Origin: a plasmid | Sequence record: NZ_LC532224.1 | Direction: 5' to 3' (one strand) | Length of the DNA: 64,000 nucleotides | Shown: positions 55,731 through 64,000 of the stretch, in pieces | How the letters are laid out: each line of letters begins with the position of its first letter | Position numbering within the stretch: position 1 is the first letter of the stretch | Notes under the pieces: generated by a model | What the model saw: only the letters and a program-made list of their open reading frames with translations | What the model was told of the DNA's origin: nothing | Databases searched by the model: none | Made by a program: the position numbers and the translations under genes

Positions 55731-55985
55731 CTACCGATACTTTTCGATTTCAGACAGGTGCTCGTTATCCAGATCAATTGTGGCTTTTCTTTCAGAAGCG
55801 AGCTTCTTCGCTCGCTTTGCATACTGAAGCCCCTTGGCTGGCTGCTCTCCGCGTAGGATCTGTTCAGCCTGCTTGCTCGTGCTGTGCCCCAGAAAGCGTT
55901 CGTACTGCTCGTCAGATACCTCAGTGCCGATCAGTCGTTCGATCCAGCCGCTTTTCGGCGGGTAACTTACGCCCAGCGCAAGCAA
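55731..55985 (-). CDS. Hypothetical 84-aa protein, convergent with the helicase
   Basis: ORF only. Confidence 0.3.
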   Translation of the reverse strand: MLALGVSYPPKSGWIERLIGTEVSDEQYERFLGHSTSKQAEQILRGEQPAKGLQYAKRAKKLASERKATIDLDNEHLSEIEKYR

Positions 55986-56104
55986 CTGCCTTTTCTGTAC
56001 CCACTATTTCCGGCGCGGCCGGCTTCAATCAAGGCTTTGGTTAGAACTACAGCCATTTGGGGACTCTCATACACAAACCTGAACCATGCGGGTCTGATTG
56101 GCGG

Positions 56105-56358
56105 TCAAGATAGCAGCGCATCGAAATCAACACTGAACTCTGCTTCTAAGAACTCAATCGTGGCTGGTTGGCTATCGAGCGATGCTTCCCGTGTAGACTC
56201 CAGTGCGCACTCCAATCGACGCAGCAGAGTAAACGGCAAAATGATCTTGCCGAAGTCGGTATGCTTGAAATCCCCCCCCACAGGTCTTCCGCGTTCTTCC
56301 AAATGAAATCAGCTTGCGAAGCAGCCGAACCTACGAACTCTGCCATCTTGGCCTCCAA
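56105..56358 (-). pseudogene. N-terminal remnant of an N6-adenine DNA methyltransferase (HsdM_N-like), frameshifted at a G8 tract
   Basis: [11 protein letters not shown] / [24 protein letters not shown] across two frames joined at C8 (+ strand, about 56273-56280). No downstream MTase domains. Confidence 0.45.
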
Positions 56359-56971
56359 CCAACTTTTGCACGAAACGGCACATCTTCCAAAAGAGGGTTG
56401 TCAACCAAGTTTTGCACAAAACGGACTTTGATCCATTTCTAACTAAAATCTACAATCCAACCTCAGATTGCAAATAGCCTATGTTTATTACAGATGGTAT
56501 GGTTCGTGTTTTTGTTTATTCGATGGCAACTGTACTCTTTCTGCCGCTTGGCTTGTTGAAAAGCACGTGGTGGTTTTCACCATTGTTTGCGATAGCTGCT
56601 ATTGATTACTTAATGTTTCTGCGTCGACAAGGCTAGTTGCTGAACCTCATACCTCAGAGCAATCTGTATGTTTTTTACACCACTGGTTAAAAGGTCAGGC
56701 TACGTTCCTGACGTTTTTTAAAAAACAGTTTTATGTTTGATGCGTTACTGGTCTGTCTGGTAACCCAGTGGTACATTACCATTATTAAGGCTGGCTGGCG
56801 GTGGTGCATCATGCTTAAACGACCCTCTCTGAGCGTACTTTCCGACAGTCCTGTGCACCGCACCACTTACCCGGCAGGCCTATGTCTTGGTTATTCTTCG
56901 TTGTACCTTTTTCTTCAGCTTTATCCCTGACATGTCTGTCTGAACAGTTCTAAGCAAACCGGAATGTTGTC

Positions 56972-57313
56972 ATGGCCAAAGTACAAGGGCTCTTTGTTGG
57001 ATACCGAAAATTCGCTGTTGATCGCGACTGGCTTCGTCAGCAGGAAGAACAACGTTATCGGGATCGCCAGCGACAATTTGATGAATGGTCCAGGAAATGG
57101 GTCACTGTAACCAGGCTCAAAGAGACTCGTTTATGGACTGACGGAGCCATCAGGCGATGGTTGGGTGAACCTCAGCAGCAGGGTAAATATAAAGTTTTCC
57201 CCGTTGAAGCGGTTTTGGCTGCTGAGAAGTTGAATGAGTTTCGGCTCTGGCTTAAACCCCGACTGGAAAAGAAACGTGCCCAGCACCACCACTTTTTAAT
57301 TCCATTTCTGTAA
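56972..57313 (+). CDS. Hypothetical 113-aa protein
   Basis: ORF only. Confidence 0.35.
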   Translation: MAKVQGLFVGYRKFAVDRDWLRQQEEQRYRDRQRQFDEWSRKWVTVTRLKETRLWTDGAIRRWLGEPQQQGKYKVFPVEAVLAAEKLNEFRLWLKPRLEKKRAQHHHFLIPFL

Positions 57314-57404
57314 AGTAGAAACAACGGCAGTTCCGGCCGCATTCAAGGCTTCGGCATCTGGTCAGAAATAAAGCGCCATTTTTCAGTATAAGGGAGGTTA
57401 GATA

Positions 57405-57596
57405 GTGGAAGGTATTGAGACACTGAGTTTGCAGCTTGATGAGAATGAAACTATGGCCCTTGCTCAATTAGTTAAACGTCTGAACTGGAGCGATCTTCGT
57501 GGCTGTGCTGTGAGTGACGAAGAAGCCTGGGTAATGAAAAGCGCAATTGAAAAATTACAACAGGCGTTAAGGGAAGAAGGTTATGCGCCTCGATGA
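57405..57596 (+). CDS. Hypothetical 63-aa protein
   Basis: ORF only. Confidence 0.3.
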   Translation: MEGIETLSLQLDENETMALAQLVKRLNWSDLRGCAVSDEEAWVMKSAIEKLQQALREEGYAPR

Positions 57597-57836
57597 GGCT
57601 GGCTTCGTTCTTTATTCCGATAACAAATTTGCTTAAGGACTAACTATGAGCCAGCACTGGTATGAGGTGAAAAGCAATCAGGGAATTGTTCAGGTGATTG
57701 TTGGGAGAAGATATTAATGTAATGCGTTTCTGCATTACATCAAGCAGATTAGCTTTTTCTGGTCAAAATAGACGATGTGATTTTTCTTTAGCCGAAGTCC
57801 ATCCGCTCCCCACGCAACCGGTAAAGGTTCGCAGGT

Positions 57837-58292
57837 TTAATAAAGATAGGTTTCGTATCTCCCTAAGGGTGGGATAGGTAAACTCATAATGGCATCTGTG
57901 TTTACTATGTAAGTATTCGGGTAAAATTCATCTAATACAGTAAAGTTTAGTTTCTTACAAAAGCTTAATAAATATGGGTTTTTCACGTCTTCTATTACAA
58001 CATCGCACCAGGGATTCGATTCACAGCAAAGCTTCAGAAAAGACTTAAACCATCCCTTGTTTTGTATTTCTTCCGGAAGCCGTACCACATGTATGGTCAG
58101 ACAATCTCCATGATAACGATTAGTACTTTGTCTAAGCCCTACAACAATCCCCTTTTCTTGAATCTGTACACCTGCCTGATGCTCTTTCATGTCGGGCGTA
58201 TAGTGCCTTGCTCTGTTTAACCAGGCCACCAGCTGCTGAGCCGTACTTGGTGATTCTTCAGCTATCCATTTCAGGTACTTGATGCGGTCCAT
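57837..58292 (-). CDS. Hypothetical 151-aa protein downstream of terF
   Basis: ORF only. Confidence 0.4.
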   Translation of the reverse strand: MDRIKYLKWIAEESPSTAQQLVAWLNRARHYTPDMKEHQAGVQIQEKGIVVGLRQSTNRYHGDCLTIHVVRLPEEIQNKGWFKSFLKLCCESNPWCDVVIEDVKNPYLLSFCKKLNFTVLDEFYPNTYIVNTDAIMSLPIPPLGRYETYLY

Positions 58293-58382
58293 ATGCGCCT
58301 CCCTGTACGATTTCCAATGAACAAAGGCTCTACAGTATTAAGCTGCTGTAGAGCTCATTCAACCAAGCTCAAACTGTGCGTA

Positions 58383-59624
58383 TTAAAGGATGCCTAACCT
58401 TTTTGTTTCATCGATCCACGGTCTGAATTCTTCCAGTAGATTATCATATAACTTTTCATCGCTAATCGAACCGAAATCATCCATGGCAAAGAAGTGGGTG
58501 TTATCAACCCGGCGGTCAGTAAAGTCATCCAGATTTTTGAGGATACCGTAGCTTGAACCACCCAGGCCGACAAACTTCCAGAAGATGGGGTAGTTGGCAG
58601 AACGCCGGATTGCATCTTTAATCGCCCGGGTCTTGCTGATCCCGCCATCGGTAATAAATACAACATACACCGGGATTTTCGAGTCCTTAAAGTAGTCGAC
58701 TATTTCTTCCATCACAGGAGGCTCGTTGTTTGTCCCTCCGAGGCCCGGCAGGTTCTCCCAGGCTGAACGCTTTCCAGCCCCGCGAATGGACTGAATATAT
58801 GTGTCCAGGTTGTCCAGTGTGACGTTTGGATACTTCTTATGCTTCTCTCCAAATCCCCAGACATCCATTTCACCGTCGTCGTCGAACTGGGCGGCAAGAA
58901 CGGCGATGCGGTCCAGCACAGACTGAACGTTACCCTTACTGAACTGGCCACTCATTGAGCCGGATGCGTCAAGTACAAATGCAACCGCTGCCTCAAGGGT
59001 GTCCAGTTTATTTTTAGTAAGACTGACCGAGGCTTTTTTAGCGAGGCTTACAAGGCGCGGAGATCTGGTTTCCAGTTTCTTTTCCAGACTGATACGAGCA
59101 GGCTTTGCTGGCTGCGGAGCTGGCTGTGCGACATCAACGCCATAGCTAATGGCCAGAGGCTCAAGACCACCGTTGAAACCCTGCCCGAGCGCACGAAGCT
59201 TCCAGGCGCCATTGTGCCGATATACTTCACCCAGGATAATTGCTTTCTCACTGCGGCCCTGAGTCTCAGCCTGGAACTCAGCGATTCCTTGAGCCTGCAT
59301 GCTCAACGAACTGAGCCCACTGATGGTATCTTCACCATCAATGACAACTGTGATTGCAATTTTACTGATGTTCGCAGGAACACGATCCAGTGCTATCTCA
59401 ATGCTGGACTGCTGAGAACCGGTAACGAGCTTTACTGCCCCTTCAGGAGAAGACAGATTATTGTAAAAGATAAAGTCAGAATCGCCGCTGACCTTTCCCT
59501 GAGCATTAAGCAGGAACAGGCAGGTATCGGGTTCGCCTTTAAAGCCGGATTTGGTAGGGTACTGAAGATTCAGCCTGATCGCAGATTGCTGAAGTGGTAT
59601 GTTTTGTCCGGATTGTAGATTCAC
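58383..59624 (-). CDS. terF: TerF (TerD-domain fused to vWA domain)
   Basis: N-terminal TerD fold (DFIFYNN...[19 protein letters not shown]). C-terminal DxSGS MIDAS motif ([10 protein letters not shown]). Confidence 0.8.
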
Positions 59625-60015
59625 ATTAACTCTCCTGATTTTTGATTATTTTAAAGCGCAGCGTTTATATAGGTTCCCCTGGCTTAGTTCAGGACGCTGG
59701 ATTTCTGGTGAGGCGTATATATGGTGTGACACCATATTTCATCACGTTGAAGTTTCTATACCTGTTGAATTGGAATTTCCATTGGTCGGGTATTTTATCT
59801 TCCAGAACCCGTGCCTTCATAAGTCGCAAACGTAACATATATCAGAGGGGCATGCTGTTGATATAAGGCACGGAATACAGGCTTTAACCAGCAACCAGAG
59901 AAAAATCCGTTTCCTGCCTTTAAAAGGCTCACGTCAGAATTAACATCTCTCTGCTTTCTGAGATTCCCGAACCCTTTCTGCCCCCCCCCTCCTGATAGCG
60001 GATCGCAACCAAAAA

Positions 60016-60045
60016 AAACCCCGGCATTGCCGGGGTATGATTCAG
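60016..60045 (-). terminator. Rho-independent terminator after terE
   Basis: On the - strand: CCCCGGC-AAT-GCCGGGG followed by T8. Confidence 0.7.
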
Positions 60046-60052
60046 CGTTATT

Positions 60053-60628
60053 TTAGATGTTAACGCCGTGCTGGGAGGCAAGAGCCGCCAGGCCACCGGC
60101 AAAGCCCTGACCGACAGCTTTAAACTTCCACTCAGCGCCATGACGATACAGTTCACCGAAGACCATAGCGGTTTCGGTTGAGGCATCTTCAGACAGATCG
60201 AAACGGGCAATTTCCGTGCCGTTGTCGTTGTTGTAAACGCGCATGAAGCTGTTGCTCACCATGCCGAAGTTTTGTTTACGCGCTTCTGCATCATAGATGG
60301 TAACGGCAAACACCAGTTTTTTGATATCTGCTGAGACTTTGGTCAGATCGATTTTGACCTGCTCATCGTCGCCGTCGCCTTCACCGGTACGGTTGTCGCC
60401 CTGGTGCTCTACCGCGCCATCAGGGCTGGTTTTGTTATTGAAGAAAATGAAATGCGCATCTGACAACACTTTACCGTCTTCGCCTACTGCGAACACGGAA
60501 GCGTCCAGGTCAAAACCCTGACCATCGGTTACACGGGCATCCCAGCCTAGGCCAACCATAGCAACATTCATGGTTGGTGCTTCTTTGGTCAGAGATACAT
60601 TGCCGCCTTTTACGAGAGAAACTGCCAT
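60053..60628 (-). CDS. terE: TerE
   Basis: 191-aa TerD-family protein from [13 protein letters not shown]. Confidence 0.9.
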   Translation of the reverse strand: MAVSLVKGGNVSLTKEAPTMNVAMVGLGWDARVTDGQGFDLDASVFAVGEDGKVLSDAHFIFFNNKTSPDGAVEHQGDNRTGEGDGDDEQVKIDLTKVSADIKKLVFAVTIYDAEARKQNFGMVSNSFMRVYNNDNGTEIARFDLSEDASTETAMVFGELYRHGAEWKFKAVGQGFAGGLAALASQHGVNI

Positions 60629-60696
60629 TTTTAGCTCCTGCAAACAGTTGAATGAGGGCTGCATTAACAGCCCCGGGTAGAAAAGTTACTTTTTGA

Positions 60697-61275
60697 TCAG
60701 GACGCGTTAATGCCGTACTGAGCACATACAGATGCCAGACCACCAGCATAACCCTGACCTACTGCGCGGAATTTCCACTCACCATTGTGGCGATACAGCT
60801 CGCCGAACAGCATGGCAGTCTCAGTGGACGCATCTTCGGTCAGATCGTAGCGAGCAACTTCAGTCTGGTTATCGTCATTAACCAGACGAATAAACGCACC
60901 GGATACCTGACCAAAGCTCTGGCGACGAGCCTGAGCATCGTGGATGGTCACAACGAAGATGATCTTGTCAACTTCAGACGGGACGGCGTCCAGTTTAATT
61001 TTCAGCGATTCATCATCACCATCGCCCTCACCGGTGCGGTTATCGCCGGTGTGCGTTACGGAACCGTCGGATGACGTCAGGTTGTTATAGAAGATGAAAT
61101 CTGAATCGCCGCGCACTTTGCCGTTTGAGGCCAGCAGGAATGCTGAAGCATCCAGGTCAAAGTCCTGACCGTCTGTTGAACGCGCATCCCAGCCAAGGCC
61201 CACCAGGACGTTTTTCATTGACGGAGCTGCTTTACTTAGGGAGACGTTCCCGCCTTTGGAAAGAGAAACACTCAT
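60697..61275 (-). CDS. terD: TerD
   Basis: [15 protein letters not shown]...[19 protein letters not shown]. Confidence 0.9.
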   Translation of the reverse strand: MSVSLSKGGNVSLSKAAPSMKNVLVGLGWDARSTDGQDFDLDASAFLLASNGKVRGDSDFIFYNNLTSSDGSVTHTGDNRTGEGDGDDESLKIKLDAVPSEVDKIIFVVTIHDAQARRQSFGQVSGAFIRLVNDDNQTEVARYDLTEDASTETAMLFGELYRHNGEWKFRAVGQGYAGGLASVCAQYGINAS

Positions 61276-61323
61276 AAAATAACCTCTTCGATTAGTAATT
61301 GTTCAGGTTAACACTTAAGGGGA

Positions 61324-62364
61324 TTAACTCCCCTTTTCCTCAGATTCAGGTTTGCCCGGGAACATGACGCTTGCGAGAATGCCCAGCGCCAGTACACCCA
61401 GTACAACATACAGGCTGGTTGTTGCCGCGATGCTGTAACCATGATGCCAGATGTGATCGGTCGCATTCAGGCCGAGTTTTGCCGCGATGAAGAACAGCAG
61501 CACGATAACGGCCTTCTCCAGATGAACCAGGTACTGTTTCAGTGCCTCAAGGACAAAGTACAGAGTACGCAGGCCCAGGATAGCAAACATCATGGCACTA
61601 TAGACGATAAGCGGTTCACGACTGACGGCAATGATTGCCGGTACCGAGTCAAACGCGAACATTACGTCCGAGAGTTCAACCACAGCCACACACAGGAACA
61701 GCGGGGTCGCATACAGCGCCGCTTTTTTACCACGGCCAATGGTGACATCGCTGTTTTCTGGTTTCGCCAGTTCAGCATCCACTTCCTTCTGGTTAAGCAG
61801 GAAGGCATGCCCTCTGAGCTTCGGCCAGATAGGGAAGAAGCGTTTAACCATGCGGTAAGCCAGATGCTGGGAGTAATCCTCAATTTCATCATCGTCATCA
61901 CCGCTTTTAAGCATCATGACCGCTGTCCAGGCAACGATAATAGCGAAGACAACTTCAACATACGGCCCCAGACTCAGCAGGCTCGTACCGATGGCGACAA
62001 AGATGCCCCTGAAGACAATGGCACCAATGATCCCCCAGTAGAGAACACGGTGGCGATAACGATCCGGAACGGCGAACCAGGAGAAGATGGCCATCATGAC
62101 GAACAGGTTATCGACCGACAGCACTTTCTCCAGCGCATAACCCGTGACAAACAGACTGGCAACCTCAGCACCGTGGTGGATATAGAGGAAACCGGCAAAT
62201 GCCATCGCAACCACAACCCAGAATACGGACCAGAGCGCCGCACTCTTCAGCGAAATAGGCTTGTCATCACGGTGCATAAACAGGTCAATAAAGATGGCAC
62301 CGACTGAAAGCGCAATAAAAACAATGACCGTTTCAGTCGGGAAGCCGATGTGTGTGGAAACCAT
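61324..62364 (-). CDS. terC: TerC integral membrane protein
   Basis: 346 aa, multi-TM, with the acidic loop DDDDEIEDY. Confidence 0.9.
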   Translation of the reverse strand: MVSTHIGFPTETVIVFIALSVGAIFIDLFMHRDDKPISLKSAALWSVFWVVVAMAFAGFLYIHHGAEVASLFVTGYALEKVLSVDNLFVMMAIFSWFAVPDRYRHRVLYWGIIGAIVFRGIFVAIGTSLLSLGPYVEVVFAIIVAWTAVMMLKSGDDDDEIEDYSQHLAYRMVKRFFPIWPKLRGHAFLLNQKEVDAELAKPENSDVTIGRGKKAALYATPLFLCVAVVELSDVMFAFDSVPAIIAVSREPLIVYSAMMFAILGLRTLYFVLEALKQYLVHLEKAVIVLLFFIAAKLGLNATDHIWHHGYSIAATTSLYVVLGVLALGILASVMFPGKPESEEKGS

Positions 62365-62386
62365 ATTTTACCCTTAGGGATGTGGA

Positions 62387-62842
62387 TCAGAGGCCAAATT
62401 CAGCCGGGTCGAAGCCCAACGCGATAGCGATCTCGCGGGAGGCCAGTTTCTCGTCCTGATCGAAGTTACCGTCACTTTTCGCAACGGCAATACCAACACG
62501 TAAGGCCAGCTGAGCGGCCTCAGGCTGATCTTTCAGCGCCAGGATGTATTTCATGGTTTCGCCCTTGCCGATTTCAACATCGAAATCGAAGCTTGAAACC
62601 AGTTTATTGAAGAACTCAATCACCTCATTGGTATCGAAGACCTTCAGCTCTTCTGAAGAGCGCAGAAAGCCCATCATTTTCTGCTTTTCTTCCGAACTTA
62701 CGCCGTCACTCGATACGGCAATACGGGCACATACAGCAACGGTGCCCTGCATGAATTTTTTGTTTTTGAAACGGCCAACCTGGCGGGTCAGTTCGTCACG
62801 GCCTGAGTTAATGGCACCTTTAACTTTGTCGAAAAAGCTCAT
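62387..62842 (-). CDS. terB: TerB
   Basis: 151 aa from MSFFDKVKGAINSG. Confidence 0.85.
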   Translation of the reverse strand: MSFFDKVKGAINSGRDELTRQVGRFKNKKFMQGTVAVCARIAVSSDGVSSEEKQKMMGFLRSSEELKVFDTNEVIEFFNKLVSSFDFDVEIGKGETMKYILALKDQPEAAQLALRVGIAVAKSDGNFDQDEKLASREIAIALGFDPAEFGL

Positions 62843-62864
62843 ACCTGTTTCCTTTGTTGCTGTG

Positions 62865-64000
62865 TTATTTAGAACCGGCGCTCCAGCGAAATCCCCAGCC
62901 AAATGCCCGGTCCATTTCGTCCTGGCCTTTGAAGTACTGGTTAATTCGCTCGACTTTAATTGCGCCGTTTTCGTTTACGAGTCTGGCAATGGCGCACAAT
63001 GTGCGACGGTTTTCACCTTCGGTCAGGCGGGTCTCAATGGGCGGTTGATCCGGCACATGAATGGTGACCACACCATCAGTCTTGTCCCAGCTGGGAACAC
63101 CTTCATAAATAAAGGCGTAAATCAGCACTTCGCGGATATGCTTCCATTCACGTCCATTGATATGCAGCCACTCGCCGTCTGATACATCACCCGTCCGGTC
63201 ATCGCCCTTGAGCTGAACATACGGTTCATCGCGATAATCACCGAATGCATTACCGAGCGCCTGAATGACCGATTTATACCCGTCCTGAAGCTCAACAAAG
63301 GCCCCCAGATCCAGGTCGATTCCTTTGGAGCCGAACATGCCTGCAAAGCCTGATTTGCCGCTGCCCCGGTGCCAGTTCAGGTTGATCCGGATTTCACCGA
63401 AGTTATCCCGTTTGGTCAGGCTGATTGCAGGCTTCTCTTTTGTCAGCGATACCTTGCTCAGGCTGATTTTTGTCTCAACTGGCGGAGGGGTTACAACCGG
63501 AGGAGTCGGGGCTGCGGGAGCCGGTTCGTCGGCAATATTTACGCCGAAATGCTCTGCCAGCGGTTTAAGTCCACCGTTGAACCCCTGCGCAACGAAGCGG
63601 AATTTCCAGTCATTATTACGACGGTAAAATTCACCCAGAATTAAGGCTGCTTCCTGACGGCCGCTCAGTTCGACACTGCCGCTAACCAGGCCGGTAGCCC
63701 CTTGCTCCACGTCGATGGAAAGATTACGAAGACCGGACACCGTCTGCCCACCGTCACAGGTCACGGTGAACGCAATTTTCTGGACATCAGGTTTCAGCCG
63801 GTTGAGCGCGACAGTAAAGGTTGAGTACTGGCCTTCACTGACCAGGCTGACGGTACCATCATCGTTACGTGGCTGACCATAAAACACCATGTCCGCATCA
63901 CCCTGCACCTTCCCGTCGGCATACAGGCGAAACGCCGAAGCATCCACCTGGCCGCCCGAGGTGATCCGGACCCGCAACTCCTGGGCTGGAACGGGGGCAT
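62865..64000 (-). CDS. terA: TerA, partial (N-terminus lies beyond the window end)
   Basis: Tandem TerD-like halves. The ORF is open to the window edge. Confidence 0.8.
   Translation of the reverse strand, partial: APVPAQELRVRITSGGQVDASAFRLYADGKVQGDADMVFYGQPRNDDGTVSLVSEGQYSTFTVALNRLKPDVQKIAFTVTCDGGQTVSGLRNLSIDVEQGATGLVSGSVELSGRQEAALILGEFYRRNNDWKFRFVAQGFNGGLKPLAEHFGVNIADEPAPAAPTPPVVTPPPVETKISLSKVSLTKEKPAISLTKRDNFGEIRINLNWHRGSGKSGFAGMFGSKGIDLDLGAFVELQDGYKSVIQALGNAFGDYRDEPYVQLKGDDRTGDVSDGEWLHINGREWKHIREVLIYAFIYEGVPSWDKTDGVVTIHVPDQPPIETRLTEGENRRTLCAIARLVNENGAIKVERINQYFKGQDEMDRAFGWGFRWSAGSK

Overview
This 64-kb window reads as an accessory region of a large enterobacterial (Klebsiella/Enterobacter-type) resistance plasmid. 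The calls below rest on ORF translations, terminal inverted repeats and target-site duplications read directly from the sequence; no database search was possible. In order, the window holds: the tail of a copper cluster (pcoE); rcnR-rcnA with its G-tract operators; a KfrA-like coiled-coil gene pair; a Dcm-type C5-cytosine methyltransferase operon; a thermonuclease gene split by a complete IS1 with a 9-bp duplication; an AT-rich island of small membrane proteins; sulP-usp; and a complete arsRBC/arsH arsenic operon. It continues with a DDE transposase, a truncated IS5-like copy, IS26, and a frameshifted gamma-delta-like Tn3-family tnpA with its 38-bp IR. A second, intact 1196-bp IS5-like copy with a CTAG duplication, a plasmid H-NS gene and hipBA follow. 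Next is an ~8.9-kb composite element: a cryptic Tn21-subgroup transposon (tnpA, tnpR, HepT/MntA toxin-antitoxin, cupin) whose two 38-bp IRs each carry an inverted 1327-bp IS110-family IS5075/IS4321-type insertion. The window ends with an N6-methyltransferase N-terminal remnant and the tellurite/phage-inhibition operon terA(partial)BCDEF. The most interesting content is the unnamed cargo between hns and the ter operon (32.7-46.5 kb), which looks like a defense island. First, a translationally coupled pair encodes a CoiA-like zinc-ribbon/PD-(D/E)xK nuclease and a UvrD-like helicase. The helicase gene was cleanly split by the composite transposon; a 5-bp TGATC duplication and in-frame continuity prove it. 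Second, a three-gene operon next to hipBA encodes a cytoplasmic trypsin-like protease, a glycine-zipper membrane protein and a 462-aa unknown protein. Third, two paralogous HNH nucleases carry different N-terminal domains. None of these matches a named system I recognise; all are candidates only. I saw no rRNA, tRNA or CRISPR. Coordinates of IS and IR boundaries are good to about 1 bp.
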